From an uncultured Ruminococcus sp. (GTDB lineage: Bacteria > Bacillota > Clostridia > Oscillospirales > Acutalibacteraceae): a stretch of 42,492 nt of DNA. Below the pieces are notes generated by a model. That model worked only from the letters and a program-made list of their open reading frames with translations. It ran no database searches and was not told where the DNA came from. Positions 8,522-18,169 of this stretch are shown one piece after another. The position numbers were made by a program, and so were the translations under genes. Position 1 is the stretch's first letter. Each line of letters starts with the position of its first letter. Where the stretch lies: positions 1 to 42,492 of the forward strand of contig CAYLQF010000001.1 of NCBI GenBank assembly GCA_964385735.1, written 5' to 3'.

Positions 8522-9610
8522 ATGGCTAAGGCAAAGAAAATGACAGCAAAGGAAAAAAAGGATAATAAGGAATTCTTTGAGGCTTTGAGCCTTATGGAGC
8601 AGGAAAGGGGTATCCCGAAGGAATTTATTGCCGAAAAGATAGCGGAGGCTATAATCGTTGCGGCAAGAAAGGATTATGGCGATAATAATACGGTTTCCTG
8701 CACTATAGATCCCGAAAAGGAAATATTTCTTGTTACCGCAAGAAAGGAAATCGTAGATACCGTTGAGGACCCCTACACTCAGATATCCAAGGAGGAAGCG
8801 GCAGCTATAGATCCGTCCTCGCTTGAGGAGGGCTTCATAAGCATAAAGCTTGATCCGAAGAAGTTCGGAAGAATAGTTGCTCAAAATTCCAAAAACAATT
8901 TCCGTCAGGGCGTAAGAGAAGCGGAAAGGGGTCAAACTCTGGCAGAGTTTCAAAGCCATAACAGAGAGCTTGTTACGGCGATAGTAGAGCGTATAGACCC
9001 CAAAACGGGGAATGCGATTTTAACCATAGGAAATAATGAGGCCACCCTGCCGAAGATAGAGCAGGTTCCGGACGAGGTTATAGCCGAGGGTGACCATATA
9101 AAGGTTTATGTTGTTGATGTTAAGGAAAGCGAGAGAGGACCACGCATAATGCTTTCACGCACCCATCCCGGTCTTGTTAAACGACTGTTCGAGGCAGAGG
9201 TTCCCGAAATATTTGACGGTACGATACAGATAAAGAGTATTTCCCGTCAGGCAGGACTTCGCACGAAAATCGCCGTATGGTCCGATAACTCCGAGGTCGA
9301 CCCTATAGGCGCCTGCATAGGTCCTAAGGGCACAAGAGTGAACAAGATAGTAGAAGAGCTCGGCGGAGAAAAAATAGATATAGTTAAATACAGCGACGAT
9401 CCCGCAACCTTCGTTGCCGAGGCGCTTTCTCCCGCAAGGGCAGTATCGGTTGAGATTGAAAGCACAGAGCCGAAGCTCTGCAAGGTAAGCGTTCCCGAGG
9501 CTCAGCTTTCCCTTGCAATAGGAAACAAGGGACATAATGTAAAGCTTGCCGCAAAGCTTACGGGCTGGAAGATAGACATTCATCCCGAAAGCGGCTTCTT
9601 CGGCGAATAA
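8522..9610 (+). CDS. nusA: Transcription termination/antitermination factor NusA
   Basis: Has the N-terminal FFEALSLMEQERGI motif, an S1 domain and two KH domains with GxxG (IGPKGTRV, IGNKGHNV). The start could be 8522 (after GGAGG 8506-8510) or 8504. Confidence 0.9.
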   Translation: MAKAKKMTAKEKKDNKEFFEALSLMEQERGIPKEFIAEKIAEAIIVAARKDYGDNNTVSCTIDPEKEIFLVTARKEIVDTVEDPYTQISKEEAAAIDPSSLEEGFISIKLDPKKFGRIVAQNSKNNFRQGVREAERGQTLAEFQSHNRELVTAIVERIDPKTGNAILTIGNNEATLPKIEQVPDEVIAEGDHIKVYVVDVKESERGPRIMLSRTHPGLVKRLFEAEVPEIFDGTIQIKSISRQAGLRTKIAVWSDNSEVDPIGACIGPKGTRVNKIVEELGGEKIDIVKYSDDPATFVAEALSPARAVSVEIESTEPKLCKVSVPEAQLSLAIGNKGHNVKLAAKLTGWKIDIHPESGFFGE

Positions 9611-9632
9611 TTTTCGGGGAGGTAGCCTAAGG

Positions 9633-9905
9633 GTGACTGTTAAAAAAACGCCTATGCGTATGTGTCTTGTATGCAGAGAAATGAAGCCGAAGCAGGAGCT
9701 TTTAAGGGTAGTTAAGACCAAGGACGGCAAAATTTTTGCCGACCCCTCCGGCAAAGCCGGCGGAAGAGGGGCTTATATCTGCAAAAATTCCGTATGTATA
9801 GAAAAGGCGGCAAAAACAAGCGCTTTAAGCAGGTGCTTTTGCGCTCCGGTTGCACAGGAGACATACGAGCTGCTGAGGGAGGCAACCGAAAAAGTTGAAG
9901 GATAA
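9633..9905 (+). CDS. ylxR: YlxR/RnpM-family (DUF448) RNA-binding protein
   Basis: 90-aa ORF with RMCLVCREMKPKQELLRVV and GRGAYIC motifs, in the conserved position after nusA. GTG start follows GGGGAGG. Confidence 0.85.
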   Translation: MTVKKTPMRMCLVCREMKPKQELLRVVKTKDGKIFADPSGKAGGRGAYICKNSVCIEKAAKTSALSRCFCAPVAQETYELLREATEKVEG

Positions 9906-9909
9906 AGTG

Positions 9910-10221
9910 ATGACCTTGCTCGGCTTTGCGGCAAAGGCGGGCAAGCTATCGTACGGGCAGGCGGCGGCGATTGAGTCGGCGCAAAGAAAAAAAGCGAGGC
10001 TTATGGCGGTGAGCGGTGAAATATCGCCGAAAAGTCTTAAGGAAATTAAATTTTATGCGGATAAAGCGAGCATAAAAACGGTAGTTTTAAAGGATACTTC
10101 TATAACCGCTCTTTCAGCTGCGGTAGGCAGAAGCTGCGGCGCACTCAGCGTAAATGACGGTTCTTTTGCCGAGGCAATAATAAAGCAATTGTCTACAGGA
10201 GGAAATGCTAATGACGAATAA
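9910..10221 (+). CDS. L7Ae/L30e-family ribosome-associated protein (YlxQ-like)
   Basis: About 103 aa ([16 protein letters not shown]...), in the conserved position between ylxR and infB. GAAGGA lies 6 nt before the ATG at 9910. Alternative starts are GTG 9907 and TTG 9895. Confidence 0.8.
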   Translation: MTLLGFAAKAGKLSYGQAAAIESAQRKKARLMAVSGEISPKSLKEIKFYADKASIKTVVLKDTSITALSAAVGRSCGALSVNDGSFAEAIIKQLSTGGNANDE

Positions 10222-12811
10222 ATACAAAATAAGCGAGCTTGCAAAGGATTTTGGGATACCCTCTAAAGATATAATCGCCTTAATAAAGGAGCTTACAGGC
10301 GAAGAGAAAAAATCGGGAGCGGCCTTAAATGAGGCGGAAACCGCTCTTGTTTTCGATGCTCTTACAAAGAAAAACAGCGTTAAAAGCTTTGATGCATATT
10401 TTGCCGCAGGTGAGGAAACCAGAAAAAAGGCGGCTAAGGAGCATGAGGAGCGGAAAAACAAAAAGCTTGCCGAGCAGATGGCAATATTAGAGCAGCTTAA
10501 GGCGGCGGCAGACGGTCAAAAGCCGGAGGCTGCCGAAAGCAAGGAAAAGACCGAGAAAAAGCCGCAGCAGGCAAAGAGCAAGGCAAAATCCGCCGAAACA
10601 AAGGTAGCGGCATCGAGGTCGGCTGACGAAAAATCGGCAGAGTTAAGGCCTGATGACAAGGCCGAAAAGAAAACCGAGAAAAAATCGGCATCGGCTGCGG
10701 AAAAGACTAAAAAGCAGGCTGCGACCTCCGAAAAGAGCGAGGGTAAGAAGACGGAAAAGGCCGAAAAGCCTTATACGGGCCCGCTTGTAGCCCCTCCGAA
10801 AAAGGAGAAAAAGGGCGGCGAGGCTCCAAACAGAGGTCCGGCTCAGCTCAGGCATGTTGACACGAGAACCGTTAATGTAAACATAGATAAATATAACGAA
10901 AAATATGAAACCATAGCGCCTGCAAGCACTATGAAGGATAACTTTACACGCAAGCAGAAAATTAAGCAAAAATCTCAGGATTATCGCAGACCTAAGGGTG
11001 TAAAGAGGGAGACCGAGGCGGATAAGCTCAGAAGAATGCAGCTTGAGCGTATAAAAAAGACCCCGATAACCGTTACCGTCGGCGAAGAGATAACCGTCGC
11101 AGAGCTTGCTGCTGCACTTAAGAAAACCGCTTCCGAGGTTATTAAAAATCTTATGAAGCTCGGAATGATGGCAACCGTAAATCAAGTTATCGATTATGAT
11201 ACGGCAGAAATAGTCGTAACCGAAATGGGAGCCAAAATTCAAAAAGCGGTAGTTGTTACAATAGAAGACAAAATAATGGATGTTACCGAGGATACCGCCG
11301 AGAGCCTAAAGCCGAGAAGTCCTATAGTAGTTGTTATGGGCCATGTTGACCACGGTAAAACCTCCTTGCTGGACGCCATCAGAAACACAGCGGTTACCGA
11401 TACCGAGGCCGGCGGAATCACGCAGCATATCGGTGCCTACAGGGTAAACTGCAACGGTCAGGATATAACCTTCCTTGATACTCCCGGACACGCTGCGTTT
11501 ACCGCAATGCGTCAAAGAGGAGCAATGGCAACCGATATAGCGGTGCTTGTTGTCGCTGCGGATGACGGTATAATGCCTCAGACGGTTGAAGCGATAAATC
11601 ACGCCAAGGTCGCAGGAGTTCAGATTATAGTTGCGATAAACAAAATGGATAAGCCCGAAGCCAATCCGGACCGTGTTTTACAGCAGCTTACGGAATACTC
11701 GGTTGTTCCCGAGCAGTGGGGCGGCGATGTTATATGCGTTCCTGTTTCCGCAAGAACGCATGACGGTATAGATAAGCTTCTTGAGAATATACTTCTTGTT
11801 GCGGAAATGCTTGAGCTTAAAGCAAATCCCGACCGTAAGGCGAGGGGCGTTGTTGTTGAAGCAAGGCTTGATAAGGGCAGAGGCCCCGTTGCAACGCTGC
11901 TTGTTCAAAACGGCACCCTGTATGCAGGTGACATTATAGTTGCGGGAACCGCTGTCGGCAGAGTAAGACTTATGACCGATGAAAACGGCAGGCAGGTAAA
12001 GCAGGCAGGTCCGTCTGTTCCGGTAGAGATAACGGGTCTTGCCGAGACACCGAGCGCAGGTGATAATTTTGATGCGGTTTCGGACGAACGCCTTGCAAGA
12101 GAGCTTGTTGAACAGCGTAAGGAAAAGATAAAGAACGAGCAGTTTAATGCAAAGCAGAAGGTAACTCTCGATAATCTGTTCAGTCAGCTTTCAGAGGGTG
12201 AGCTTAAGGAGCTTAATGTTATAGTTAAGGCGGATGTTCAGGGAAGCGTTGAGGCCGTTAAGGACAGTCTTGTCAAGCTCTCTAACAATGAGGTAAGGGT
12301 AAGCGTTATACACGGCGGCGTAGGAGCGGTAAACGAATCGGATGTTATGCTTGCTCAAACCTCCGGTGCGATAATAGTAGGCTTTAATGTAAGACCCGAC
12401 TCGGTTGCTGCGGCAGCTGCCGAAAAGGACGGCGTAGATATCCGTATGTACAGGGTCATTTACGACTGCATTGAGGAAATAGAAGCCGCTATGAAGGGTA
12501 TGCTTGCTCCGAAATACAGAGAAAGCATTCTCGGAACAGCGGAGGTAAGAAACACCTATAAGATTTCAAGCGTGGGAACTATCGCCGGCTGTTATATAAC
12601 AAACGGTAAGGTAACCCGCTCCTGCAAGATAAGGGTGGTAAGAGACGGTATAGTTATCTGTGAGGATGCTATAGCCTCGCTCCGCAGATTTAAGGACGAT
12701 GTAAAAGAAGTGGCACAGGGCTACGAATGTGGTATAGGACTTGAAAAATTTGCCGATATTAAGGACGGCGATGTATTCGAAGCCTTTGTTATGGAGGAGT
12801 ACAGAGATTAA
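10211..12811 (+). CDS. infB: Translation initiation factor IF-2
   Basis: G-domain motifs [17 protein letters not shown] and NKMD, plus a K/E/A-rich N-terminal region. AGGAGG (10197-10202) favours the ATG at 10211 over 10205. Confidence 0.95.
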   Translation: MTNKYKISELAKDFGIPSKDIIALIKELTGEEKKSGAALNEAETALVFDALTKKNSVKSFDAYFAAGEETRKKAAKEHEERKNKKLAEQMAILEQLKAAADGQKPEAAESKEKTEKKPQQAKSKAKSAETKVAASRSADEKSAELRPDDKAEKKTEKKSASAAEKTKKQAATSEKSEGKKTEKAEKPYTGPLVAPPKKEKKGGEAPNRGPAQLRHVDTRTVNVNIDKYNEKYETIAPASTMKDNFTRKQKIKQKSQDYRRPKGVKRETEADKLRRMQLERIKKTPITVTVGEEITVAELAAALKKTASEVIKNLMKLGMMATVNQVIDYDTAEIVVTEMGAKIQKAVVVTIEDKIMDVTEDTAESLKPRSPIVVVMGHVDHGKTSLLDAIRNTAVTDTEAGGITQHIGAYRVNCNGQDITFLDTPGHAAFTAMRQRGAMATDIAVLVVAADDGIMPQTVEAINHAKVAGVQIIVAINKMDKPEANPDRVLQQLTEYSVVPEQWGGDVICVPVSARTHDGIDKLLENILLVAEMLELKANPDRKARGVVVEARLDKGRGPVATLLVQNGTLYAGDIIVAGTAVGRVRLMTDENGRQVKQAGPSVPVEITGLAETPSAGDNFDAVSDERLARELVEQRKEKIKNEQFNAKQKVTLDNLFSQLSEGELKELNVIVKADVQGSVEAVKDSLVKLSNNEVRVSVIHGGVGAVNESDVMLAQTSGAIIVGFNVRPDSVAAAAAEKDGVDIRMYRVIYDCIEEIEAAMKGMLAPKYRESILGTAEVRNTYKISSVGTIAGCYITNGKVTRSCKIRVVRDGIVICEDAIASLRRFKDDVKEVAQGYECGIGLEKFADIKDGDVFEAFVMEEYRD

Positions 12812-13162
12812 ATGGCAGGATATAAAATCGGTCGTGTAGCCTCGGACATAAAGCTCTGCTTATCGGAGCTTTTAAAAGAGGTTAAGGACCCGAGAGTAAG
12901 CAGGCTTATAAGCATAGTTAAGCTTGATGTATCGGGAGATATGTCGTATGCAACCGCTTATGTCAGCGCAATCGAGGGGAGCGAGGCAACCGAGCAATCG
13001 GTTAAGGCGCTCAACAAAAGTGCGGCAGGCTACCTTCGCAGGGAGCTCGGCAGGCGTCTTTCGCTCAGAAAGGTTCCCGAGCTTCGCTTCGTTGCGGATA
13101 ATTCAATAGAAAACAGTGCCCATATTTCAAGAATAATCGAATCGTTTTCGAAAGAGGATTAG
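12812..13162 (+). CDS. rbfA: Ribosome-binding factor A
   Basis: 116-aa ORF starting 1 nt after the infB stop, with RbfA-like sequence (RVASDIKLCLSELLKEVKDPRV...). Confidence 0.9.
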   Translation: MAGYKIGRVASDIKLCLSELLKEVKDPRVSRLISIVKLDVSGDMSYATAYVSAIEGSEATEQSVKALNKSAAGYLRRELGRRLSLRKVPELRFVADNSIENSAHISRIIESFSKED

Positions 13163-13177
13163 TCAGGAGGTTGTTTT

Positions 13178-14176
13178 ATGAAAGAAAAGACCTGCGGCTG
13201 CAACGAGCTTACTCTAAAGCAGACGGTTAAATTTCTGAAAAACCACGATAATTATGTTATTTTAACCCATTCCTCACCTGACGGTGATACTCTCGGTGCC
13301 GCTTACGCTCTGTATTACGGGCTTAAGGAAACGGGTAAGGAGGCCGCTGTTATATGTCCGGAGGTTATTCCGAGCAAATATGATTATTTTGTATGCGAAA
13401 CCGACCATATAGCAAAAGAAAAAGCAACGATTATTGCGGTTGATGTTGCCGATAAAAAGCTTTTGGGCTCTTTAGAGGAGGAGTTCGGTGATAAGGTTGT
13501 CCTTAATATAGACCACCATATATCGAATGTCCGTTATGCCGAAAATTTATGCCTTGTTGCCGATGCCTGTGCAACCTGCGAGATTATATATGATATTCTT
13601 TGTATGATGAAGGTAAACATAAACAATACGACCGCAAAGGCGCTCTACACCGGTATTGCAACCGATACCGGCTGCTTTAAGTATTCAAATGTTACCGCAA
13701 AGACTCATCTTACGGCGGCTGCGCTTTACGAGTACGATATAAATGCTTCGGAAATAAACCGCATTATGTTTGATACAAAATCGAGAAAGCTTCTTGAGCT
13801 TGAAAGAATGGTGCTTGACACCGCCCGCTATTATTTTGACGGAAGGTGTATTATGCTTACGGTAACCGCAGAAATGCAGGAAAAAACCGGCTGCTCCGGC
13901 TCTGAGCTTGAGGGTATAGCGGTTATATCGAGAAGTGTGCTGGGAGTGCTTATCGGTCTTACCCTAAAGCAGACCGATGATAACGAATATAAGCTTTCCG
14001 CCCGTACATATTCTCCCTTCGATGCCTCTGATATCTGCCGCAGACTCGGCGGCGGCGGTCATAAGGCGGCGGCAGGTGCTCTGTTAAAGGGTAGTCTTGA
14101 CGAGGTCAGAGAGAAGGTTCTTTCGGCTGTAAGGGAGGCTATGGAGGAGAAAAATGCAGGGACTGATATTGCTTGA
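13178..14176 (+). CDS. nrnA: DHH/DHHA1 phosphoesterase (NrnA-type oligoribonuclease / pAp phosphatase)
   Basis: Motifs HSSPDGDTLG, NIDHH and GGGGHKAAAG. An AGGAGG SD is present. Confidence 0.85.
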   Translation: MKEKTCGCNELTLKQTVKFLKNHDNYVILTHSSPDGDTLGAAYALYYGLKETGKEAAVICPEVIPSKYDYFVCETDHIAKEKATIIAVDVADKKLLGSLEEEFGDKVVLNIDHHISNVRYAENLCLVADACATCEIIYDILCMMKVNINNTTAKALYTGIATDTGCFKYSNVTAKTHLTAAALYEYDINASEINRIMFDTKSRKLLELERMVLDTARYYFDGRCIMLTVTAEMQEKTGCSGSELEGIAVISRSVLGVLIGLTLKQTDDNEYKLSARTYSPFDASDICRRLGGGGHKAAAGALLKGSLDEVREKVLSAVREAMEEKNAGTDIA

Positions 14177-15050
14177 TAAGCCGTCGGGCATAACCTCCTT
14201 TAGGGCTGTTGCAACGGTAAGGCGCTTAACCGGCGAGCGCAGGGTCGGTCATACGGGAACGCTTGACCCTATGGCAACCGGAGTTCTTCCGGTGCTTATA
14301 GGCAGAGCTACTGCTCTTTCCTCCTTTTTGCTGGACGGTGATAAGGAATACACCGCCGTTATAAGAACGGGAATAAAAACCGATACCGACGATATAACGG
14401 GCACGGTTATACAGCAGTCCGACAAAACGGTGTCATATGAGGATATGAGGGCGGCTGTTGAGAAATTCACGGGCGTTATAGAGCAAAGGGTGCCGGCATA
14501 TTCGGCTGTAAAGCAAAACGGAGTCAGGCTTTATGATATGGCAAGAAACGGCGATACGGTAGAGCCTCCGCTCAGAACGGTTACGGTTTATTCGGCAGAG
14601 CTTTCGGACAGACCCTGTGAAAATGAGTTTGAGGTTAAATTCAGTGTTTCAAAGGGTACTTATATAAGGTCTCTTGCCAGAGATATAGGTGATTATTTAG
14701 GCTGCGGTGCAGCTCTTTCCTCTCTTTCGAGAACAAGGGCTTCGGGCTTTTCTCTTACGGACTGTACCCGACTTTCCGACATAAACAGTGAAAATATATG
14801 CGAATTTTTAAGGTCGGAGGAAGAGGCGGTTTCGCATTTTCAATGTGTTTATGTAACCGAAAAGCAGGCAATAAGATTTTCAAACGGCGGCGCACTCGGT
14901 CTTGAAAGATTGAAGCTTACAAGCCCTGTGCAAAGCGAAATATTCAGGGTTAAATGCGGCGAAAGCTTTTTAGGCCTCGGAGAGATTAGCCTCTCTTCGT
15001 GCGAGCTTAAAGTAAAATGTGTTATAAATTTTTTTAAAGCCGGTAACTAA
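14154..15050 (+). CDS. truB: tRNA pseudouridine(55) synthase TruB
   Basis: LLDKPSGITSF and GHTGTLDPMATGVLPVLIG (catalytic Asp). It overlaps nrnA by 23 nt. Confidence 0.9.
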   Translation: MQGLILLDKPSGITSFRAVATVRRLTGERRVGHTGTLDPMATGVLPVLIGRATALSSFLLDGDKEYTAVIRTGIKTDTDDITGTVIQQSDKTVSYEDMRAAVEKFTGVIEQRVPAYSAVKQNGVRLYDMARNGDTVEPPLRTVTVYSAELSDRPCENEFEVKFSVSKGTYIRSLARDIGDYLGCGAALSSLSRTRASGFSLTDCTRLSDINSENICEFLRSEEEAVSHFQCVYVTEKQAIRFSNGGALGLERLKLTSPVQSEIFRVKCGESFLGLGEISLSSCELKVKCVINFFKAGN

Positions 15051-15072
15051 AGGGTCGAACAGGAGGTGACGG

Positions 15073-15924
15073 TTGCTTATGGAAAATGCGGTTATACTCG
15101 GTACCTTTGACGGTGTTCACTTAGGGCACAGAGCTGTTATTGAGGGCGCAAGGGGCTGTAATATAACGGCAATCTCGTTTGAGCTTCCGCCGAGAGCCTG
15201 TGTCGAGGGTAAGACCGAGCTGCTTATGACTCCCGAGGACCGAGCGGATGCTCTTTGCGGCTGCGGCGTTAAGGAAACGGTTTTTTTAAAATTTTCCGAG
15301 GTAAGGGATATATCGGCAGGGGCTTTTCTCGGTATTATAAAGAAAAAATATTCTCCCTCGCTTATATGCTGCGGATATAATTACCGCTTTGGAAAAAACG
15401 CCTTGGGCGATACCAAGCTGCTTCGGGAATTTTGTAACGATAACGGCATAAAATTAAAGGTGGCGGACTGTGTCTTTAAAAGCGGTGAAGCAGTATCCTC
15501 CACAAGAATAAGGCGGGCTGTGAAAAACGGCAGCATAGAGCTTGCAAACGCCTGCCTTTTTAAAAAAATCGGGTTTAAGGCAGAGGTTTTCAGCGGCGAT
15601 AAGAGAGGAAGAACCATAGGCTTTCCGACGGTAAATCAGTTCTATCCTAATTTGCTTATAAAGCCTCCCTTCGGGGTTTATGAATCCGAAATTACCGTAA
15701 ACGGCGTTTTGTACAAGGGCGTAACTAACCTCGGAATACGGCCGACCTATAAAACCGATTATGTTTCCTGCGAAACATATATCATCTCTTACAGCGGTAA
15801 TGCTTATGGAAGCTCGGTCGATTTAAGGCTTTGCCGATTTATAAGACCGGAGCGTAGGTTTGAGTCTCTTGAAAAGCTTAAAAGTGCTATAGACGCCGAT
15901 GTTCGAAGCGTTTGTACACCTTAA
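15073..15924 (+). CDS. ribF: Bifunctional riboflavin kinase / FMN adenylyltransferase
   Basis: GTFDGVHLGH nucleotidyltransferase motif and C-terminal riboflavin kinase motifs (GDKRGRTIGFPTVN). TTG at 15073 lies 6 nt after AGGAGG; the alternative is ATG at 15079. Confidence 0.85.
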   Translation: MLMENAVILGTFDGVHLGHRAVIEGARGCNITAISFELPPRACVEGKTELLMTPEDRADALCGCGVKETVFLKFSEVRDISAGAFLGIIKKKYSPSLICCGYNYRFGKNALGDTKLLREFCNDNGIKLKVADCVFKSGEAVSSTRIRRAVKNGSIELANACLFKKIGFKAEVFSGDKRGRTIGFPTVNQFYPNLLIKPPFGVYESEITVNGVLYKGVTNLGIRPTYKTDYVSCETYIISYSGNAYGSSVDLRLCRFIRPERRFESLEKLKSAIDADVRSVCTP

Positions 15925-15946
15925 TATTATTATGGGAGCGGTGCTT

Positions 15947-16681
15947 ATGAAAAAAACAGTAAAGCTATTATCGCTTATGGCAGCGGTGGTTATTGCGCTG
16001 TCATTTGCGGGTTGTTCTGCGGTTGAAAAGGCAAACGAGAACGAAAATACCACCCTTTCGGCAAAAAAGGACCACTCAAATATTGAAATTCCGGAAATTA
16101 AATCAGAGGATGAGGTTATGCCCATTTATCTTGATTTAAGCATTTACGATGTTGAAAACTATGCCGATGTTTATCTCGGTAAAAGCTTTGATTATAAGAT
16201 AAGCTATGCGGGCTGTGAGCTTTCGCTTCCTACAACTGCCGATGAAATGTCGGAAAAGGGCTGGAGCTTTATGCCCGATGAGACGATAACGGCAGAGTCG
16301 GATGTTATGGCAGGTAAATATCAAAGAGCGCAGTTTATAAACAGCGACGGAACGCAGATTACGGCGGTTTTTTACAATTCGGATAAGTCCTCAAGGGAGC
16401 TTTTTAAATGTAATATAGTTAAGCTCATAGTGTCCGAAAATAATTTAAACAATCCTTCGAGCGTTTACGGTGAATTCAGGGTGAGCGGCGTAAGCAACAC
16501 CTCCGCCATAACCGATGTTATAGAATATCTGGGAACGCCGTCTCATTTTTATGCTGTATCGCCCGATAATTATTATCTGGATTATTTCCTGACTAAAAGC
16601 GATAAGCGAAGCAAAATCAGGGTTTATGTGAATATCTCAGATGATAGTGTAGAGGCTATAGAGCTTTCGAGATTTGAATAA
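15947..16681 (+). CDS. Hypothetical lipoprotein
   Basis: MKKTVKLLSLMAAVVIALSFAGC lipobox, with the start at the internal ATG 15947 after GGGAG. I recognise no family. Confidence 0.6.
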   Translation: MKKTVKLLSLMAAVVIALSFAGCSAVEKANENENTTLSAKKDHSNIEIPEIKSEDEVMPIYLDLSIYDVENYADVYLGKSFDYKISYAGCELSLPTTADEMSEKGWSFMPDETITAESDVMAGKYQRAQFINSDGTQITAVFYNSDKSSRELFKCNIVKLIVSENNLNNPSSVYGEFRVSGVSNTSAITDVIEYLGTPSHFYAVSPDNYYLDYFLTKSDKRSKIRVYVNISDDSVEAIELSRFE

Positions 16682-16684
16682 AGG

Positions 16685-17899
16685 ATGTCCTTAAAAATGA
16701 AAAATAAAAATTACTTCTTTCCGGCAGATATCCTTATTCCGAAAGCCGAGCTCGGCAAATGGTCGGTAATAGCCTGTGACCAATATACCTCAGAGCCGGA
16801 ATATTGGGAAAGGGTGAGGGAGCTTACAGGTGGTGCTCCGAGCGCACTTGATATCATTTTGCCCGAATATCGTTTAAGAAACGACAACAGCGAGGCCGTA
16901 AAGGAAATAAACGAAAAAATGAACCGTTACCTGAGTGAAGGCGTTTTTGAGGAATATAAAAACGCAACGGTTTATATTGAACGAATTCAAAGCGACGGTA
17001 AGCTCAGATGCGGTGTGCTCGGCTGTATAGACCTTGAGCAGTACAGCTATGAGCAGCAAACCGATGCCCCTATAAGGGCAACCGAGCAAACGGTTGTTTC
17101 AAGAATACCCCCGAGGGTTGAAATCAGAAGAGAGGCTCCTCTTGAGCTCCCGCACATAATGCTTTTGATAGACGATATCAAGAGGGAAATAATCGAACCG
17201 CTGTCGACAAAAAAGCAGGGCTTTAAAAAGCTCTACGATTTTGAGCTTATGCTCGGAGCGGGCCATATAACCGGCTATCTTATAGATGATGAAACCGTAA
17301 AGGAGCTTCAGCGAAAAATAAGCAGGCTTGCCGAGGACAACGGCGGACTTGCGTTTTGTGTGGGGGACGGCAATCATTCCCTTGCAACCGCTAAGGAATG
17401 CTACAGCAAAAGCTCCTCGGAGCTTTGCCGTTATGCGCTTTGCGAATTTGTTAATATTCATTCCGAGGCGCTTTGCTTTGAGCCGATATACAGGGTTGTT
17501 TTCGGTGCTGAGCCGGAGGCATTGATAGATGAATTCGTAAGCTATTGCGGCGGAGAATACTTCGGGGCGGAGGCTCAAAAGCTTACCGCCTTTTACGGGG
17601 GCTGCGAGCGTAGGCTTTCAGTAAGACCGAAATATAAGCTGAGTGTAGGAACGCTGCAGGCTTTTCTTGATGCTTACTGTGCGAATAATCCGAAGGCTGA
17701 GATAGATTATATTCACGGTGAGGAATCGCTTAAAAAGCTTTCTCGGTCAAACGGGGCGGTAGGCTTTATATTCGACGGTATGAAAAAGGAGGAGCTTTTC
17801 CCCGCTGTTTTAAAGGACGGCTCTCTCCCGAGGAAAACCTTTTCGATGGGTCATTCCGATGACAAGCGGTTTTATCTTGAAGCGAGAAAAATAAAATAA
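16685..17899 (+). CDS. DUF1015-family protein
   Basis: 404-aa ORF. The N-terminal FFPADILIP...WSVIACDQYTSEP resembles the conserved DUF1015 opening as I recall it. Confidence 0.65.
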   Translation: MSLKMKNKNYFFPADILIPKAELGKWSVIACDQYTSEPEYWERVRELTGGAPSALDIILPEYRLRNDNSEAVKEINEKMNRYLSEGVFEEYKNATVYIERIQSDGKLRCGVLGCIDLEQYSYEQQTDAPIRATEQTVVSRIPPRVEIRREAPLELPHIMLLIDDIKREIIEPLSTKKQGFKKLYDFELMLGAGHITGYLIDDETVKELQRKISRLAEDNGGLAFCVGDGNHSLATAKECYSKSSSELCRYALCEFVNIHSEALCFEPIYRVVFGAEPEALIDEFVSYCGGEYFGAEAQKLTAFYGGCERRLSVRPKYKLSVGTLQAFLDAYCANNPKAEIDYIHGEESLKKLSRSNGAVGFIFDGMKKEELFPAVLKDGSLPRKTFSMGHSDDKRFYLEARKIK

Positions 17900-18035
17900 A
17901 AAATCAATTTGTTATAATTAAAAAATCCTTTATAATTGTGATTTTTAGCTAACTGAATTTTAAAAAACAGACAGATTCGTATCAATCTTGTTTAAAATGC
18001 ATAAAAAATCCCATTTCGAGTCAAACAGATAATAC

Positions 18036-18064
18036 TTGAAAAAAGTAAAGGAATAATGTATTAT
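18036..18064 (+). promoter_or_regulatory. Candidate sigma-A promoter for glgP
   Basis: TTGAAA (18036-18041), 17-nt spacer, TATTAT (18059-18064) preceded by TG. Confidence 0.5.
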
Positions 18065-18169
18065 AGAAATGTAAAGAATAATTATGGGCGATGTAGGCTT
18101 GAAGCAAGGCCATACGGTCGGCCCTGCATTATTCTTGTTCTACCGAAAATCAAATAAAGGGGATTATTT

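Noticed and set aside
10480-10830. Repetitive-looking K/E/A/S-rich stretch ([12 protein letters not shown] units) that might be taken for a tandem DNA repeat.
   Set aside because: It is the normal low-complexity N-terminal linker of IF-2. The repeats are degenerate at the nucleotide level and lie in frame within infB.
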